From NCBI GenBank assembly GCA_963745035.1, contig CAVUVW010000013.1:736001-800000 (forward strand): 64,000 nucleotides of DNA, written 5' to 3'. The stretch is from an uncultured delta proteobacterium. GTDB taxonomy: Bacteria > Desulfobacterota > Binatia > UBA9968. The position numbers and the translations under genes were made by a program. Of this stretch, positions 12,485-25,558 are shown in pieces (position 1 is the first letter of the stretch; each line of letters opens with the position of its first letter). The notes below the pieces were generated by a model. That model saw nothing but the letters and a program-made list of their open reading frames with translations. It did no database searches and was not told the origin of the DNA.

Positions 12485-13342
12485 TCACGGCAACGCTTTC
12501 GCCGGGCTCCTTCTCTTCTCCCGCTGGCGTTTAACGCTCGATAAACACCATAACAGAGGACCGGATAACGTGTACGCTAAGACCACCATGAAAAACATAA
12601 GATGCCGCTCGGCGATGAACAATGTAATCAAAATAATCCCGGAAACCAACATCCAGATCGGGTGGCGCTTTTTCACCTCGTTATTCTTGAGGCTGAAATA
12701 CGGAATATTGCTCACCATGAGAGCCGCCAAGCCGTAGATCACCAGCAGCAGCGTCAGGTGACGACTCGGCGAACCGGCCACGCCGACATAGTAAAACAGG
12801 ATCACGGTCGAAGTGATCATCTGCGCGGCGGCGGGAATCGGCAAACCGACGAAATGATTTTTCGACGCGCCCAGGGCCTGAACGTTGAAACGCGAGAGCC
12901 GCAGCGCGCCGCAGACGACGTAAGTGCAGGCCGCCAGCCAGCCCCAAGTTTGCCAAGGCACCAGCGCCCATAGATAAACCAGCACCGCCGGCGCCACGCC
13001 GAACGAAACCACATCGGCCAAGGAATCGAATTCCACGCCGAATTGGCTCGTCGTCTTGGTCAGCCGCGCGGCGTAGCCGTCGATGCCGTCGAGCACGTTG
13101 GCGAGGATGATGAACAGAGCCGCGTTGACGAACTCGCCGTTAAAAGTGGCGATGATCGAGAAAAAACCGCACATCAGATTTCCGGCGGTAAACAAGCTCG
13201 GGATCAGGTAGACGCCTCTTCGAAGCTTGTCGGCGGGCATGCGCTGGCGCAGCGGCATGCGCGGCTTGCCGCGCCGGCGCAGCAGCCGAACCTTGCCGCT
13301 TTCTCCGACTGGGTTTGGCTCTTGAGCATTCATCGCGCTCAT
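12485..13342 (-). CDS. pssA: CDP-diacylglycerol--serine O-phosphatidyltransferase
   Basis: DGIDGYAAR...FGVEFDSLADVVSFGVAP CDP-alcohol phosphotransferase motif; adjacent to psd. Confidence 0.93.
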   Translation of the reverse strand: MSAMNAQEPNPVGESGKVRLLRRRGKPRMPLRQRMPADKLRRGVYLIPSLFTAGNLMCGFFSIIATFNGEFVNAALFIILANVLDGIDGYAARLTKTTSQFGVEFDSLADVVSFGVAPAVLVYLWALVPWQTWGWLAACTYVVCGALRLSRFNVQALGASKNHFVGLPIPAAAQMITSTVILFYYVGVAGSPSRHLTLLLVIYGLAALMVSNIPYFSLKNNEVKKRHPIWMLVSGIILITLFIAERHLMFFMVVLAYTLSGPLLWCLSSVKRQREKRRSPAKALP

Positions 13343-13968
13343 ACAAACCTCCCAACGATAGTCTCGCCGCCCTTTACCCTTTGACCCTCGCGAATTTCCA
13401 ACCGGCAGCCCCTCGGCAAATAAAGATCGGTGCGCGACCCAAACATGATCATGCCGAAACGGTCGCCCCGTCCTAAAACATCGCCGGCTTTTACCCGGCA
13501 AACAATCCGCCGCGCCACAACGCCGGCGATCTGCACCACACCAAAGGTCCGCTGGTTTTCGTCGACGATCTTCAGCGCATTTTGCTCGTTCTGCTCTGAG
13601 GCCTCGTCCTTGTAGGCGGCGATGAACTTCCCTGGCTTGTACTCGACTTCGTCGACTCGCCCCCCCACCGGGCTTCGATTGATGTGCACGTCGAGCGGAG
13701 AAAGGAAAATGCTCATTCGAGTGGCCGCATCGCCAAATCGAGAATCGCCGCTGATCTGCGCGACATTCACAACTTTACCATCCGCCGGCGCTACCACGAG
13801 TCCTTCACCGCTCGGGATCCGCCGCTCGGGATCGCGAAAAAAACCCGCCACCGCCAAGGTGGCCAATCCCAAGGCGCCGCTGGCCAATTTCCAGCCCGCC
13901 ACGGCCGCAAAGCCCGTCAAAGCCGCGCCCGTGAAAATAAGCGGGTAACCTTCTTTTGCGATTCTCAT
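13339..13968 (-). CDS. psd: Phosphatidylserine decarboxylase proenzyme
   Basis: [28 protein letters not shown] cleavage motif. Confidence 0.95.
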   Translation of the reverse strand: MRIAKEGYPLIFTGAALTGFAAVAGWKLASGALGLATLAVAGFFRDPERRIPSGEGLVVAPADGKVVNVAQISGDSRFGDAATRMSIFLSPLDVHINRSPVGGRVDEVEYKPGKFIAAYKDEASEQNEQNALKIVDENQRTFGVVQIAGVVARRIVCRVKAGDVLGRGDRFGMIMFGSRTDLYLPRGCRLEIREGQRVKGGETIVGRFV

Positions 13969-14007
13969 CCGATTTTAATATCCGCGATTGCACAGCGCTT
14001 GCCGGTG

Positions 14008-15180
<1,173 letters not shown>

Positions 15181-15301
15181 TCAGTGATCGTCTTAGAAGC
15201 CGGCGCAAAGGCAAAAAAGAGCGGGGCTCAACTGCGGTTCAACGGTTCGGTTGCTGGAGAAAACTCGCGCGGCCTGCGCGGCGCCGGAGACGCCACTGGA
15301 C

Positions 15302-15823
15302 CTAGGTTTTCAACAAGGCCGGCTCACGGCGAGGCGAAGCAGTGTGGGTTGTTTCCCGGGAGATGGCGATGCGGCCGGTGCGAATCAGCTCTTTGATGCC
15401 GAGCGGGCGAAGCATATTGATCATCGCCTCGACTTTCTCCACATCGCCGGTGATTTCGATCGTATAGGTGTTGGCCGACGAATCGACGATCTTGGCGCGA
15501 AAAATATCCGCCAGCCGAATCGCCTCATCGCGATGCTCCGGCTTGGTGTGGACTTTGATCAGCGCGGTTTCGCGGTCGAGAAAATGCGTTTCGGTCAGAT
15601 CGACGACCTTGAGCACCTCGACCACCTTATTGAGCTGCTTCATGATCTGCTCGATGATCCGATCGTCGCCGACGGTGACGATGGTGATCATCGACGTGGT
15701 CGGATCCAGAGTCGGCGCGACCGACAAGCTCTCGATGTTATAGCCTCTAGCGCTGAAAAGACCGGCGACTCTGGCAAGCACGCCAAACTTGTTCTCGACA
15801 AGAATCGATATGATATGTTCCAT
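15302..15823 (-). CDS. ilvN: Acetolactate synthase small subunit
   Basis: VENKFGVLARVAGLFSARGYNIESL ACT domain. Confidence 0.96.
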   Translation of the reverse strand: MEHIISILVENKFGVLARVAGLFSARGYNIESLSVAPTLDPTTSMITIVTVGDDRIIEQIMKQLNKVVEVLKVVDLTETHFLDRETALIKVHTKPEHRDEAIRLADIFRAKIVDSSANTYTIEITGDVEKVEAMINMLRPLGIKELIRTGRIAISRETTHTASPRREPALLKT

Positions 15824-15835
15824 CCGAAACGGTCG

Positions 15836-17614
15836 TCAGGCAGGAAGAACACCCTCCCCCTCATCCACCTTTCTCTTATGTGCGCCGCCCTTTCTCGCGA
15901 GCTTCAGCTCGGGCGGATCTTCGAGCATCATCTCATGCTGCGCGCCGCCGGCGGGGATCATCGGATAGCAATTTTCGTAGGGATCGGTGTGAATATCGAG
16001 CAGCACCGGTCCCTCATGCTTTAGGCCCTCTTTTAGAACGGGCTCGACTTCGCCGGGGGTCAGAGCGCGCAAGCCCTTGATGCCGTAAGCATCAGCGAGC
16101 TTCACAAAGTCCGGCATCTTGCCCAACAGGCTCGCCGAATAACGGCCTTCATAGAAAAGATCCTGCCACTGGCGCACCATGCCGTGCGCGCCATTGTTCA
16201 GCAAAATGATTTTGACGGGTAGGTTGCGCTCAGCGGCAACGACCATCTCCTGCAAATTCATCTGGAAGCTGCCTTCGCTGGTGATGCAGAGGACCTGCCG
16301 GTCCGGATACGCGACCTGCGCGCCGATAGCCGCCGGAAAGCCAAAGCCCATCGTACCCAGGCCGCCCGAGGTCAACCACGTCCGCGCTTTGCTCCCCTTG
16401 AAATACTGCGCGGCAAACATCTGATGCTGGCCGACGTCCGTGGCGACGATCGCCTCGTGCCGGGTCAGCTCGTAGAGTTTCTCGATCACGTATTGCGGCT
16501 TGATCGTCTTGTCATCCTGTTTGTAAGAGAGCGGGTGTGAATTTTGCCATTCCTTGATTTGCGCGGCCCAAGGGGCACGCTGTGCTTTGATGTGCGCCGG
16601 GTTGCCGTCCATGGAGCGGAGAATCACGTTGAGCTGGCGCAACACCGTTTTCACGTCGCCGACAATGGGGATATGCGCGTGAAAGGTCTTTTTGATCGAC
16701 GTCGGGTCGATATCGATGTGCACCACGCGCGCTTCCGGACAAAACTCCGAGAGCTTGCCGGTAACGCGATCGTCAAAACGCGCTCCCACGGCAATCAGTA
16801 AGTCCGCATAGTGCATCGCCATGTTGGTGCAATAGGCGCCGTGCATGCCGAGCATGCCAAGCGAAAGCGGATGGGTGCCGGGAAAACTGCCGAGGCCCAT
16901 CAAAGTCATCGTGACCGGAATTTGGGTGATCTCGGCGAGCTCGCGGATCTCGTCGGCGGCATCGGAGAATATCGCGCCGCCGCCGACGTAGATCACCGGC
17001 TTGCGGGCTTTCAGGATCTCTTCGGCCGCTTGTTTGATTTGATTTTTGTTGCCGGTCACGGTCGGATTGTAGCCGCGCAAGTTGACTTTATCCGGGTACT
17101 TGAACTCGGCTTTCGCCGTGCTCACGTCTTTTGGAATATCGACTAACACCGGCCCCGGCCGCCCGCTGGTCGCGATGTAAAACGCTTCCTTGATGGTTTG
17201 TGCTAGCTCATTGACGTCTTTCACGAGCACGTTGTGTTTCGTGCACGGCCGGCTGATGCCGACGTTGTCGGCTTCCTGAAAGGCATCGTTGCCGATGAGA
17301 TCGGTGGACACTTGACCGGTGAAAGCCACCAGCGGAACGGAATCCATGTAGGCGTCGGCCAGGCCGGTCACGATATTGGTCATGCCGGGACCCGAGGTCA
17401 CCAAAACGACGCCGGCTTTGCCCGTGGCTTTGGCATAACCCTCCGCCATATGCGCGGCGCCCTGTTCATGGCGGGTCAGCACTAGGTCGATATCTTTCCG
17501 CTGGCAAAGCACATCGAAAATCTTGAGCACTACGCCGCCCGGCAAACCAAAAACCGTGTTCACGCCCTCCTGCCGCAGTGATTCACAGAATATTTCCGCT
17601 CCGGTCACTTTCAT
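15836..17614 (-). CDS. ilvB: Acetolactate synthase large subunit
   Basis: RHEQGAAHMAEGYA, TSGPG, DVGQHQM, SGGLGTMGFG, TPP-binding segment. Confidence 0.97.
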   Translation of the reverse strand: MKVTGAEIFCESLRQEGVNTVFGLPGGVVLKIFDVLCQRKDIDLVLTRHEQGAAHMAEGYAKATGKAGVVLVTSGPGMTNIVTGLADAYMDSVPLVAFTGQVSTDLIGNDAFQEADNVGISRPCTKHNVLVKDVNELAQTIKEAFYIATSGRPGPVLVDIPKDVSTAKAEFKYPDKVNLRGYNPTVTGNKNQIKQAAEEILKARKPVIYVGGGAIFSDAADEIRELAEITQIPVTMTLMGLGSFPGTHPLSLGMLGMHGAYCTNMAMHYADLLIAVGARFDDRVTGKLSEFCPEARVVHIDIDPTSIKKTFHAHIPIVGDVKTVLRQLNVILRSMDGNPAHIKAQRAPWAAQIKEWQNSHPLSYKQDDKTIKPQYVIEKLYELTRHEAIVATDVGQHQMFAAQYFKGSKARTWLTSGGLGTMGFGFPAAIGAQVAYPDRQVLCITSEGSFQMNLQEMVVAAERNLPVKIILLNNGAHGMVRQWQDLFYEGRYSASLLGKMPDFVKLADAYGIKGLRALTPGEVEPVLKEGLKHEGPVLLDIHTDPYENCYPMIPAGGAQHEMMLEDPPELKLARKGGAHKRKVDEGEGVLPA

Positions 17615-17626
17615 GAGCAAAACTCC

Positions 17627-17863
17627 CTAGACCGCCGCGCCGGCTTGGCGGTGCCTTCCCAAAATCTCCATGATGCGATCTTTGCCCGCCAGTTTTAATT
17701 TCTGAATTTTTTTCATCTCTACCTCTTCTTCCGGAGTGAGATGATGCTTATGCTGGAAATCCGCAAGTTTTCTTTCGAATTCCCGATGTTCTTCGTAAAA
17801 CTTTCGTAACTCTGGGTCCTTATCCAACAGGGAGACAATCGTCTGTTCATCCTTCAATTCCAT
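17627..17863 (-). CDS. DUF465/YdcH-like small coiled-coil protein
   Basis: LTPEEEVEMKKIQKLKLAGKD pattern; AAGGAGG SD. Confidence 0.8.
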   Translation of the reverse strand: MELKDEQTIVSLLDKDPELRKFYEEHREFERKLADFQHKHHLTPEEEVEMKKIQKLKLAGKDRIMEILGRHRQAGAAV

Positions 17864-17925
17864 ACAACGGCCTCCTTTTTTTTGAGTTTTAATTTTTTGA
17901 GTTTTAAGAAGTTCGAGCGCGTTTC

Positions 17926-17954
17926 AAATTAACGTACGGGTTGGGCTTTGTCAA
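17926..17954 (-). promoter_or_regulatory. Putative sigma70 promoter of the DUF465-ilvBN unit
   Basis: TTGACA-17 bp-TAATTT. Confidence 0.65.
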
Positions 17955-17982
17955 CGCGATTTGCCCGTGGGTATTCAACGGG

Positions 17983-18726
17983 TTAGCCCGAGTTTCTTCT
18001 TTTGATTTCCGCTTCCGTGAGACGCAAATAAACCGGCGCCGATACGCCGCCTTGGTCCCGCGCTGCGCCGGCCACGCGCTCGGCGCCGAGCCTGGCCACT
18101 TCCGCCGCAACCGAAAACCGGCAAGCGCCGGACACGATCGGGATCGTCCCGAGGGAATCGACGAGCCGGCGCTCATGAGCTTTTGCGCCGTCGCCGACAA
18201 GCATCAGGGCGTCGGCAGAAGGCGACCAATGACTTTGCAGAAGACCGACGGCGGCATCGATCGGCATGACCGCATCGTCCGTGACCCGAGAGATATTGCC
18301 GCGCGCGCGCCGAAACAGCGCAACGTAAACCTCACTCTTGCGGGCGTCCAGCATCGAGCCGATCAAAGCATCGCCGCGCCTTACGCGGGCGGCGCTGGCG
18401 TGCAGCGTCGAAACCCCGACGAGCGGCACGCCGGACTCATACGCCAATCCTTTTGCGGTCGCCAGACCGATGCGCAACCCGGTGAAAGAACCCGGCCCGA
18501 TCGATACCGCGATGCCGGATAGTTGCTGTACGGTGACGCCGGTGGTTTCGAAAAGTGTCTGGATAAGCGGGAGAAGGATCTCCGCGTGATTGCTCGGCAG
18601 CTTGCCGTTCGTCGAGCCCATGGCGCCGGCCCATCGCGCTTGCCGCTCCTCCCCGAGCAATGCGCCATCGTCGATAAGAGCAACACTCGCCTCCGGTATC
18701 GCGCAGTCGATACCCAGGATCCTCAT
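17983..18726 (-). CDS. tsaB: tRNA threonylcarbamoyladenosine biosynthesis protein TsaB
   Basis: MRILGID, SIGPGSFTGLRIG, LDARKSEVY, PVYLR. Confidence 0.93.
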   Translation of the reverse strand: MRILGIDCAIPEASVALIDDGALLGEERQARWAGAMGSTNGKLPSNHAEILLPLIQTLFETTGVTVQQLSGIAVSIGPGSFTGLRIGLATAKGLAYESGVPLVGVSTLHASAARVRRGDALIGSMLDARKSEVYVALFRRARGNISRVTDDAVMPIDAAVGLLQSHWSPSADALMLVGDGAKAHERRLVDSLGTIPIVSGACRFSVAAEVARLGAERVAGAARDQGGVSAPVYLRLTEAEIKRRNSG

Positions 18727-19805
18727 CCGCCAACCTGTTTCTCGAAAAATCTCAGGATGTCGTTGTAAAACGCGTAAACCATGAGAAGCGCCAGCAGACA
18801 GATGCCGACTTGCTGCGCCATCTCGCGATATTTCACGGACACCGGCTTGCGAATCACGGCCTCGATAAAAAAGAAAAGTAAATGTCCGCCGTCGAGCACC
18901 GGCACCGGCAGCAGGTTGAGCACTCCGAGATTGATGCTCAAGATCGCCAAAAAAGCGAGAAAGCTGCCGAGCCCCTCCTGGGCCTGCTCTCCCGCCATTT
19001 GCGCGATGAGAATCGGGCCGCCGATATTGCGCGGCGACACGTCTCCGAGGATCATCTTGTAAAACGCCAGCAGCGTAATCTTGGCGTATTCGTACGTCTG
19101 GTAAAAAGCGCGAACGATCGCCAAACCGGGATTGCCTTTTTCGATCGTGACCTGACTGCTGATGCCGATCATCCAATCGTCTTTTCGCTCGCCGAAGATC
19201 GTGCGGCCTTCCTGCTGCCGCGGTTGCGCCGTGAGGTTTACGATCTCCTCGCCGCGGCGGACTTGTAAATCGAGCGTTTTGCCGCCGCTGCCTTTGATTC
19301 TGGTCGAGAGCTCCTCCCATTCCTGCACCGGAGCTCCGTCGATGGCGACGATGCGGTCGCCTTTTTGGAGACCGGCTATTTCCGCGGGGGACCCCATTTC
19401 CACCCCGCTCACCTGTGTCGACATGACCGGCACGCCGTGAAAACTGAACACCAGCATCAGCAGCAGCACCGCCAGCATGAGGTTGAAGACCGGACCCGCC
19501 GCGACGATCGCGATGCGTTTGGTCAAGCTCTTGTGCGCAAACGACCTCTCGACGTCCGCCTGGTCGACCTGTTCATCGGGATCCTCGCCGACCATCTTCA
19601 CGTAGCCGCCGAGCGGAAACGCGCTCAACGCGTATTCCGTCTCGCCGACCTTTTTTTTCCAGAGCTTGGGACCAAAGCCCACCGAGAAAGTGAGCACGCC
19701 GACGCCGGACAACTTGGCGAATAGGAAGTGTCCGAATTCGTGGAATACGATCAGAAGTCCGAGCCCGATGACCGCGGCCCCGATCGAGTAGATCAAATTT
19801 TCCAT
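18723..19805 (-). CDS. rseP: RIP metalloprotease
   Basis: HEFGH, PDZ domain, NLLPVPVLDGG. Confidence 0.96.
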   Translation of the reverse strand: MENLIYSIGAAVIGLGLLIVFHEFGHFLFAKLSGVGVLTFSVGFGPKLWKKKVGETEYALSAFPLGGYVKMVGEDPDEQVDQADVERSFAHKSLTKRIAIVAAGPVFNLMLAVLLLMLVFSFHGVPVMSTQVSGVEMGSPAEIAGLQKGDRIVAIDGAPVQEWEELSTRIKGSGGKTLDLQVRRGEEIVNLTAQPRQQEGRTIFGERKDDWMIGISSQVTIEKGNPGLAIVRAFYQTYEYAKITLLAFYKMILGDVSPRNIGGPILIAQMAGEQAQEGLGSFLAFLAILSINLGVLNLLPVPVLDGGHLLFFFIEAVIRKPVSVKYREMAQQVGICLLALLMVYAFYNDILRFFEKQVGG

Positions 19806-19830
19806 TCGCTGATCTCCTTCGGCATGCTCG

Positions 19831-20979
19831 CTAGTGAATTAACGCCGACGCTTGACGGCGCGCCCACCGATCGACTTCCAGGATTTCGCCGATTTCTCGC
19901 GCCGGCCGATTGGCATGCTTGTGCATCGTCTTCCTAATTATACGATGTATTTCGCGAAATCCTATCCTGCGGCTCAAAAACGCCTCCACCGCGACTTCGT
20001 TGGCGCCGTTGAGCACCGCGGGCATCGTGCCGCCTTCCCGCAATGCCTGGTAAGCGAGCGACAAGGCGGGAAAGCGCTTTTTTTCCACCGGCAAAAAATT
20101 CAACTCGCCGTGCTCGGTCAGATCGAGCGGGCGCCAGCTGCCCTTCAACCGATGTGGGAAGGACAAGGCATAGGCGATCGGAATGCGCATATCGGCAATG
20201 CCGAGCTGCGCTATAATCGACCCGTCCTGATAGCGCACCATCGAATGGATCACGCTCTGAGGATGAATCACGACCTGGATCGCGCTCGCATCCATATCGA
20301 ATTCCCAGCGCGCCTCAATGACCTCCAGGCCTTTGTTCATCATGGTCGCCGAATCGACGGTGATTTTTTGACCCATTTTCCAATTGGGGTGTCGCAGCGC
20401 CTGCTTCACCGTCACTCGGTCGAGTCGGCCCAGGGGCGTGCGCAGGAACGGCCCGCCGGAAGCTGTCAGGATAATTTTATCGACTTCAGCGCGTTGATTG
20501 CCCTGCAGGCACTGGAAAATCGCGCTGTGTTCGCTATCGACGGGCAGGAATCGAACGCCCTTTTTTTTGGCTGCTTCGACGAAGATTTCACCGGCCATCA
20601 CCAGAGCTTCTTTGTTGGCCAGAGCAATTTCTTTGCCGGCGAGCAACCCGGTGAGACAAGGTACCAAGCCGGCGCCACCGACGATCGCCGCGAGCACCAC
20701 GTCGACCTCCGGAGCAGATGCAACCGCCGCCGCACCGGCCTCGCCGCATAAGATTTCCGTCTTGCTGCGGCCGAGGAGAGCTCGAAGTTTAGGCACGTCC
20801 TGTTCGTATTTGATGGCGACGCAACTCGGCGAAAACTCTTTGACCTGTTTGGCGAGCAGCGCAAGATTTTTACCTGCGGCCATCCCGGATATTTTGAATC
20901 GGTCCGGAAATTCGCGCGCCAAGGCGAGCGTGCTCACCCCGATGGATCCGGTGGAACCCAGCAAAGCGATTCGTTTCAC
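19831..20979 (-). CDS. dxr: 1-deoxy-D-xylulose-5-phosphate reductoisomerase
   Basis: LLGSTGSIG, LANKE, PVDSEHSAIFQ, ILTASGGPF, HPNWKMG. Confidence 0.97.
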   Translation of the reverse strand: MKRIALLGSTGSIGVSTLALAREFPDRFKISGMAAGKNLALLAKQVKEFSPSCVAIKYEQDVPKLRALLGRSKTEILCGEAGAAAVASAPEVDVVLAAIVGGAGLVPCLTGLLAGKEIALANKEALVMAGEIFVEAAKKKGVRFLPVDSEHSAIFQCLQGNQRAEVDKIILTASGGPFLRTPLGRLDRVTVKQALRHPNWKMGQKITVDSATMMNKGLEVIEARWEFDMDASAIQVVIHPQSVIHSMVRYQDGSIIAQLGIADMRIPIAYALSFPHRLKGSWRPLDLTEHGELNFLPVEKKRFPALSLAYQALREGGTMPAVLNGANEVAVEAFLSRRIGFREIHRIIRKTMHKHANRPAREIGEILEVDRWARRQASALIH

Positions 20980-21782
20980 GGATGAAATACCTTTAGATAC
21001 GCGCTCGTGAACACAGCGGGAAAGATCAAGCTGTCGAGCCGGTCGAGCAACCCGCCATGGCCGGGCAAGAGCCTTCCGGAGTCTTTGACAGCAAAGACTC
21101 GCTTCAGCCACGACTCGAAAAGATCGCCCAGCTGCCCGAGCACGCCGATCAACACCGACAGCAGGAGAACTTCCGCCCAACTGAAGCGGTGAAACAGCAC
21201 CGCGGCACCCAAAACACCCGCCACAGCCGCGCCGGCGAGATAGCCCCAAGCCCCCGCGATCGTCTTGCCCGGGCTGATTTGCGGCGCCAGCCTGCGCGCT
21301 CCGAAGCGCCGCCCGGCGAAATAGGCGGCGGAATCGCCGATCATCACCACGGACAATAGCCAAAACGTCCAGGCGCGGCCGTCGGGGCCGCGAAACAACA
21401 AGACCCAGTGGGGAAAAAGAAATCCGACATAGATGGCCCCCAGCATCGTGAGCAGCAAGCCGTGCAGCCGCTCAGCCAATTCGCCAGGCGTCAGCAGACA
21501 GGCCGAAAAAGCGATGAGAAACAGCATGCCGAGCCAGATCACTCCACGCAGCTGGTCTTCAAAAAAAACCGTCGCTGCCAAGGCGAGGCCGAAAACAACC
21601 CCACAAAGTTGTTTTAAGAGCCGCTCAGGAAAGGCCATGGCGAAAAACTCGCGCAAAGCGGCGATTGTGAGCACAAACAGGACGGCGGCAAACAACCACG
21701 GCGCGCCCCAGCCAACCAGCCATATCAGCACCGGCACGCCGATCGCCGCAGTAACGATCCGTAAGCTAAGATTGGCGTCCAT
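20976..21782 (-). CDS. cdsA: Phosphatidate cytidylyltransferase
   Basis: ISPGKT, GDLFESWLKR..VKDSG..LPGHGGLLDRLDS. Confidence 0.95.
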   Translation of the reverse strand: MDANLSLRIVTAAIGVPVLIWLVGWGAPWLFAAVLFVLTIAALREFFAMAFPERLLKQLCGVVFGLALAATVFFEDQLRGVIWLGMLFLIAFSACLLTPGELAERLHGLLLTMLGAIYVGFLFPHWVLLFRGPDGRAWTFWLLSVVMIGDSAAYFAGRRFGARRLAPQISPGKTIAGAWGYLAGAAVAGVLGAAVLFHRFSWAEVLLLSVLIGVLGQLGDLFESWLKRVFAVKDSGRLLPGHGGLLDRLDSLIFPAVFTSAYLKVFHP

Positions 21783-22545
21783 CGGCCCTTGCCGGCAGCT
21801 CCATCGGCTCGCTCGTCTGCTCGTCGGTGCGGCCGAAGCGGCGGCGGCGGCGCTGATATGCGAGCAGGGCCTCGAGATACTCCGTCTGGCGGAAGTCCGG
21901 CCACAAGGTCGGCGTGACGTACAGCTCGCTGTACGCAATCTGCCACAGGTAGAAATTGCTGATGCGCATCTCACCGCTGGTGCGAATCAAGAGATCGGGA
22001 TCGGGCACCTCCGCGCTGTCCAGATAAGCCGCCACCGTGCGCTCGTCGATGCGCTCGGGATCGAGCCGACCCTTGCGCGCCTCGTGGGCCAGCCGCTTCG
22101 CCATGCGCACGATTTCGTCGCGCCCGCTGTAGCTCAGCGCCAGCACTACGGTCATGCGCCCGTTGTCGCGCGTCAACGCGATGGTTTCCTCCAAGGCCGC
22201 CTTGACGCTCGCGGGCAGCCGAGAATGGTCGCCGATCGCCACCAGCCGAATGCCGTAGCGCATCATCTTGGCGCGCTCGCCGGCGAGATACTGCTCGAGC
22301 AGCCCCATGAGGGCGTCGACCTCATCATGCGGGCGAAACCAGTTTTCCGTGGAAAATGCGTACAGAGAAAGATAGCGAACGCCGATCTTGCGGCTCATCT
22401 CGACGATGGCGCGCACCGAAGTCTTGCCGCGCCGGTGTCCTTCGATCCGGCTCTTGCCCCGCAGCTTGGCCCAGCGACCGTTGCCGTCCATGATAATCGC
22501 GACGTGTTGAGGCAAGCGGGCTTTGTCTAAGCCGTCTAGCTCCAT
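21766..22545 (-). CDS. uppS: Undecaprenyl diphosphate synthase
   Basis: HVAIIMDGNGRWA, YAFSTENW, IRTSGEMRISNF. Confidence 0.97.
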   Translation of the reverse strand: MELDGLDKARLPQHVAIIMDGNGRWAKLRGKSRIEGHRRGKTSVRAIVEMSRKIGVRYLSLYAFSTENWFRPHDEVDALMGLLEQYLAGERAKMMRYGIRLVAIGDHSRLPASVKAALEETIALTRDNGRMTVVLALSYSGRDEIVRMAKRLAHEARKGRLDPERIDERTVAAYLDSAEVPDPDLLIRTSGEMRISNFYLWQIAYSELYVTPTLWPDFRQTEYLEALLAYQRRRRRFGRTDEQTSEPMELPARADGRQS

Positions 22546-22640
22546 CGCGTTGTGGACCAGGTCAATGGCATGAGGAGATACTCGAGCGGGGAATGGGATG
22601 TCTGTCCGAGCACGGCGCGTGCTTTTCCAGTTCGCGCGCC

Positions 22641-23944
<1,304 letters not shown>

Positions 23945-23948
23945 CTAG

Positions 23949-24566
23949 CTAGTCTTTCGCGCTCGCTTCACCCAGATGATAGCGCGCAAAACGCCGGATC
24001 TGAATATTCTCGCCCAGACGTGCGATCGCGTCGTTGATCACGCCGGAAATATTCTTGTCCGGATCTTTAATGAAGGACTGCTCCATCAGGCAAACCTCGG
24101 AATAAAACCGCTCGAGCTTGCCTTCGACAATTTTCTCGATGACTTTTTCGGGCTTGCCCGTGTCCAAGGCCTGCTGGCGGTAGATCGCTTTTTCTTTCTC
24201 GAGCTCGTCGGCGGGCACTTCCTCGCGCCGCACCACCCGCGGATTCGCCGCCGCAACCTGCATGGCGATGTCTTTGAGCAACGCCTGGAACTCGGCCGTG
24301 CGCGCGACGAAGTCGGTCTCGCAGTTGATTTCCACCAGCACGCCGATCTTGCCGCCCGGATGCACGTACGCGCCGACCGCACCATCGGTGGCCGCCCGGT
24401 CCGCCTTTTTCGCCGCCGCTGCCAACCCTTTCTGGCGCAAAAAGTCCACGGCCTTCTGCAAGTCCCCGCCGGTCTCGGCGAGGGCTTTCTTGCAGTCCAT
24501 CATCCCCGCTCCGGTTCTTTCCCGGAGCTCCTTTACGGTACTCGCGCTGACTTCCATCGCAGTCAT
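23949..24566 (-). CDS. tsf: Elongation factor Ts (short form)
   Basis: [24 protein letters not shown]. Confidence 0.96.
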   Translation of the reverse strand: MTAMEVSASTVKELRERTGAGMMDCKKALAETGGDLQKAVDFLRQKGLAAAAKKADRAATDGAVGAYVHPGGKIGVLVEINCETDFVARTAEFQALLKDIAMQVAAANPRVVRREEVPADELEKEKAIYRQQALDTGKPEKVIEKIVEGKLERFYSEVCLMEQSFIKDPDKNISGVINDAIARLGENIQIRRFARYHLGEASAKD

Positions 24567-25342
24567 ACTCCCGCTGCCAAGGCGGTGTCGGAAGGGCCGC
24601 CCGGCAAATCGGCCGGCGACCGCTCTTCCTCTTTGCTCTTGTTCAAAGACTGTTCGTAAAGCGTTTTTCCCTCGATAATCGCATCCGCGATTACCGTGCA
24701 AAATAAACGGATCGCGCGAATAGCGTCGTCGTTTCCCGGCACCTTGTAGTCCACCATATCCGGATCACAATTGCTGTCGATGACCGCGATGACCGGCACG
24801 CCGAGCTTGCGCGCCTCTTTTACCGCGATCTCTTCCTGCTTGGGATCGATCACGAAGATCGCGTCCGGCAGCTTGCGCATGGCCTTGATGCCGCCGAGGG
24901 CCTGCTCAAGCTTGGCCTTCTCGCGCGAAAGACCGAGCATTTCTTTCTTTGTCAACGCATCGACGATCTTGGGATCATTTTCCATTTCTTCGATTTTGCG
25001 CAGGCGCTCGATGCTCTGGCGAATGGTCGTAAAATTGGTGAGGGTGCCGCCGAGCCAGCGATTGTGCACGTAAAACATGCCGCAGCGTGTCGCTTCCTCG
25101 CGAATTGCATCCTGGGCCTGCTTCTTGGTGCCGACGAACAGAATATGCCCGCCGGACGCCGCCAGATCGCGCACCACCGTCTCCAGCTCCTTGAACATGG
25201 TGACAGTTTGCTGGAGATCAATAATGTGAATGCCGTTTCGGGCGCCGAAAATATACGGCTTCATCTTCGGGTTCCAGCGGCTGGTTTGGTGGCCAAAATG
25301 AACACCGGCCTCCAAAAGTTGCTTCATCGAGATTTCGCTCAT
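24563..25342 (-). CDS. rpsB: 30S ribosomal protein S2
   Basis: [30 protein letters not shown]. Confidence 0.98.
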   Translation of the reverse strand: MSEISMKQLLEAGVHFGHQTSRWNPKMKPYIFGARNGIHIIDLQQTVTMFKELETVVRDLAASGGHILFVGTKKQAQDAIREEATRCGMFYVHNRWLGGTLTNFTTIRQSIERLRKIEEMENDPKIVDALTKKEMLGLSREKAKLEQALGGIKAMRKLPDAIFVIDPKQEEIAVKEARKLGVPVIAVIDSNCDPDMVDYKVPGNDDAIRAIRLFCTVIADAIIEGKTLYEQSLNKSKEEERSPADLPGGPSDTALAAGV

Positions 25343-25354
25343 TCTTCGCTCCTT

Positions 25355-25428
25355 GGTTTATCCTCCCCTCTCTTCACCTCCGCGCCGGACCTAACGGCAA
25401 CCCCGGCGCAGATCGGAAAGGGTGTGTA
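25355..25428 (-). ncRNA. Putative rpsB leader (t44/S2-autoregulatory-like cis element)
   Basis: Minus strand ACACACCC...GCGCCGG-GGTTGCC-GTTA-GGT-CCGGCGC...GGAGGATAAACC directly upstream of rpsB; layout resembles t44. Confidence 0.55.
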
Positions 25429-25558
25429 ATTAAAATGTAATTGGAACCGCGCGCCAGGGTTACGCTCGGCCACGATCCCAAAAACTTCGAAAGGTCTTGA
25501 TAACCTTGCGCTTGTAACAGAGTTCGATAGATGACGCAAGATTGGACAAACGGAGAGA

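Noticed and set aside
12485-13968. psd-pssA embedded in the ilv-leu operon as a novelty
   Set aside because: The ilvC-psd-pssA-leuA order is a known arrangement in several proteobacterial lineages.
23949-24566. Short EF-Ts as a truncation
   Set aside because: The ~200-aa form is a normal variant in many phyla.
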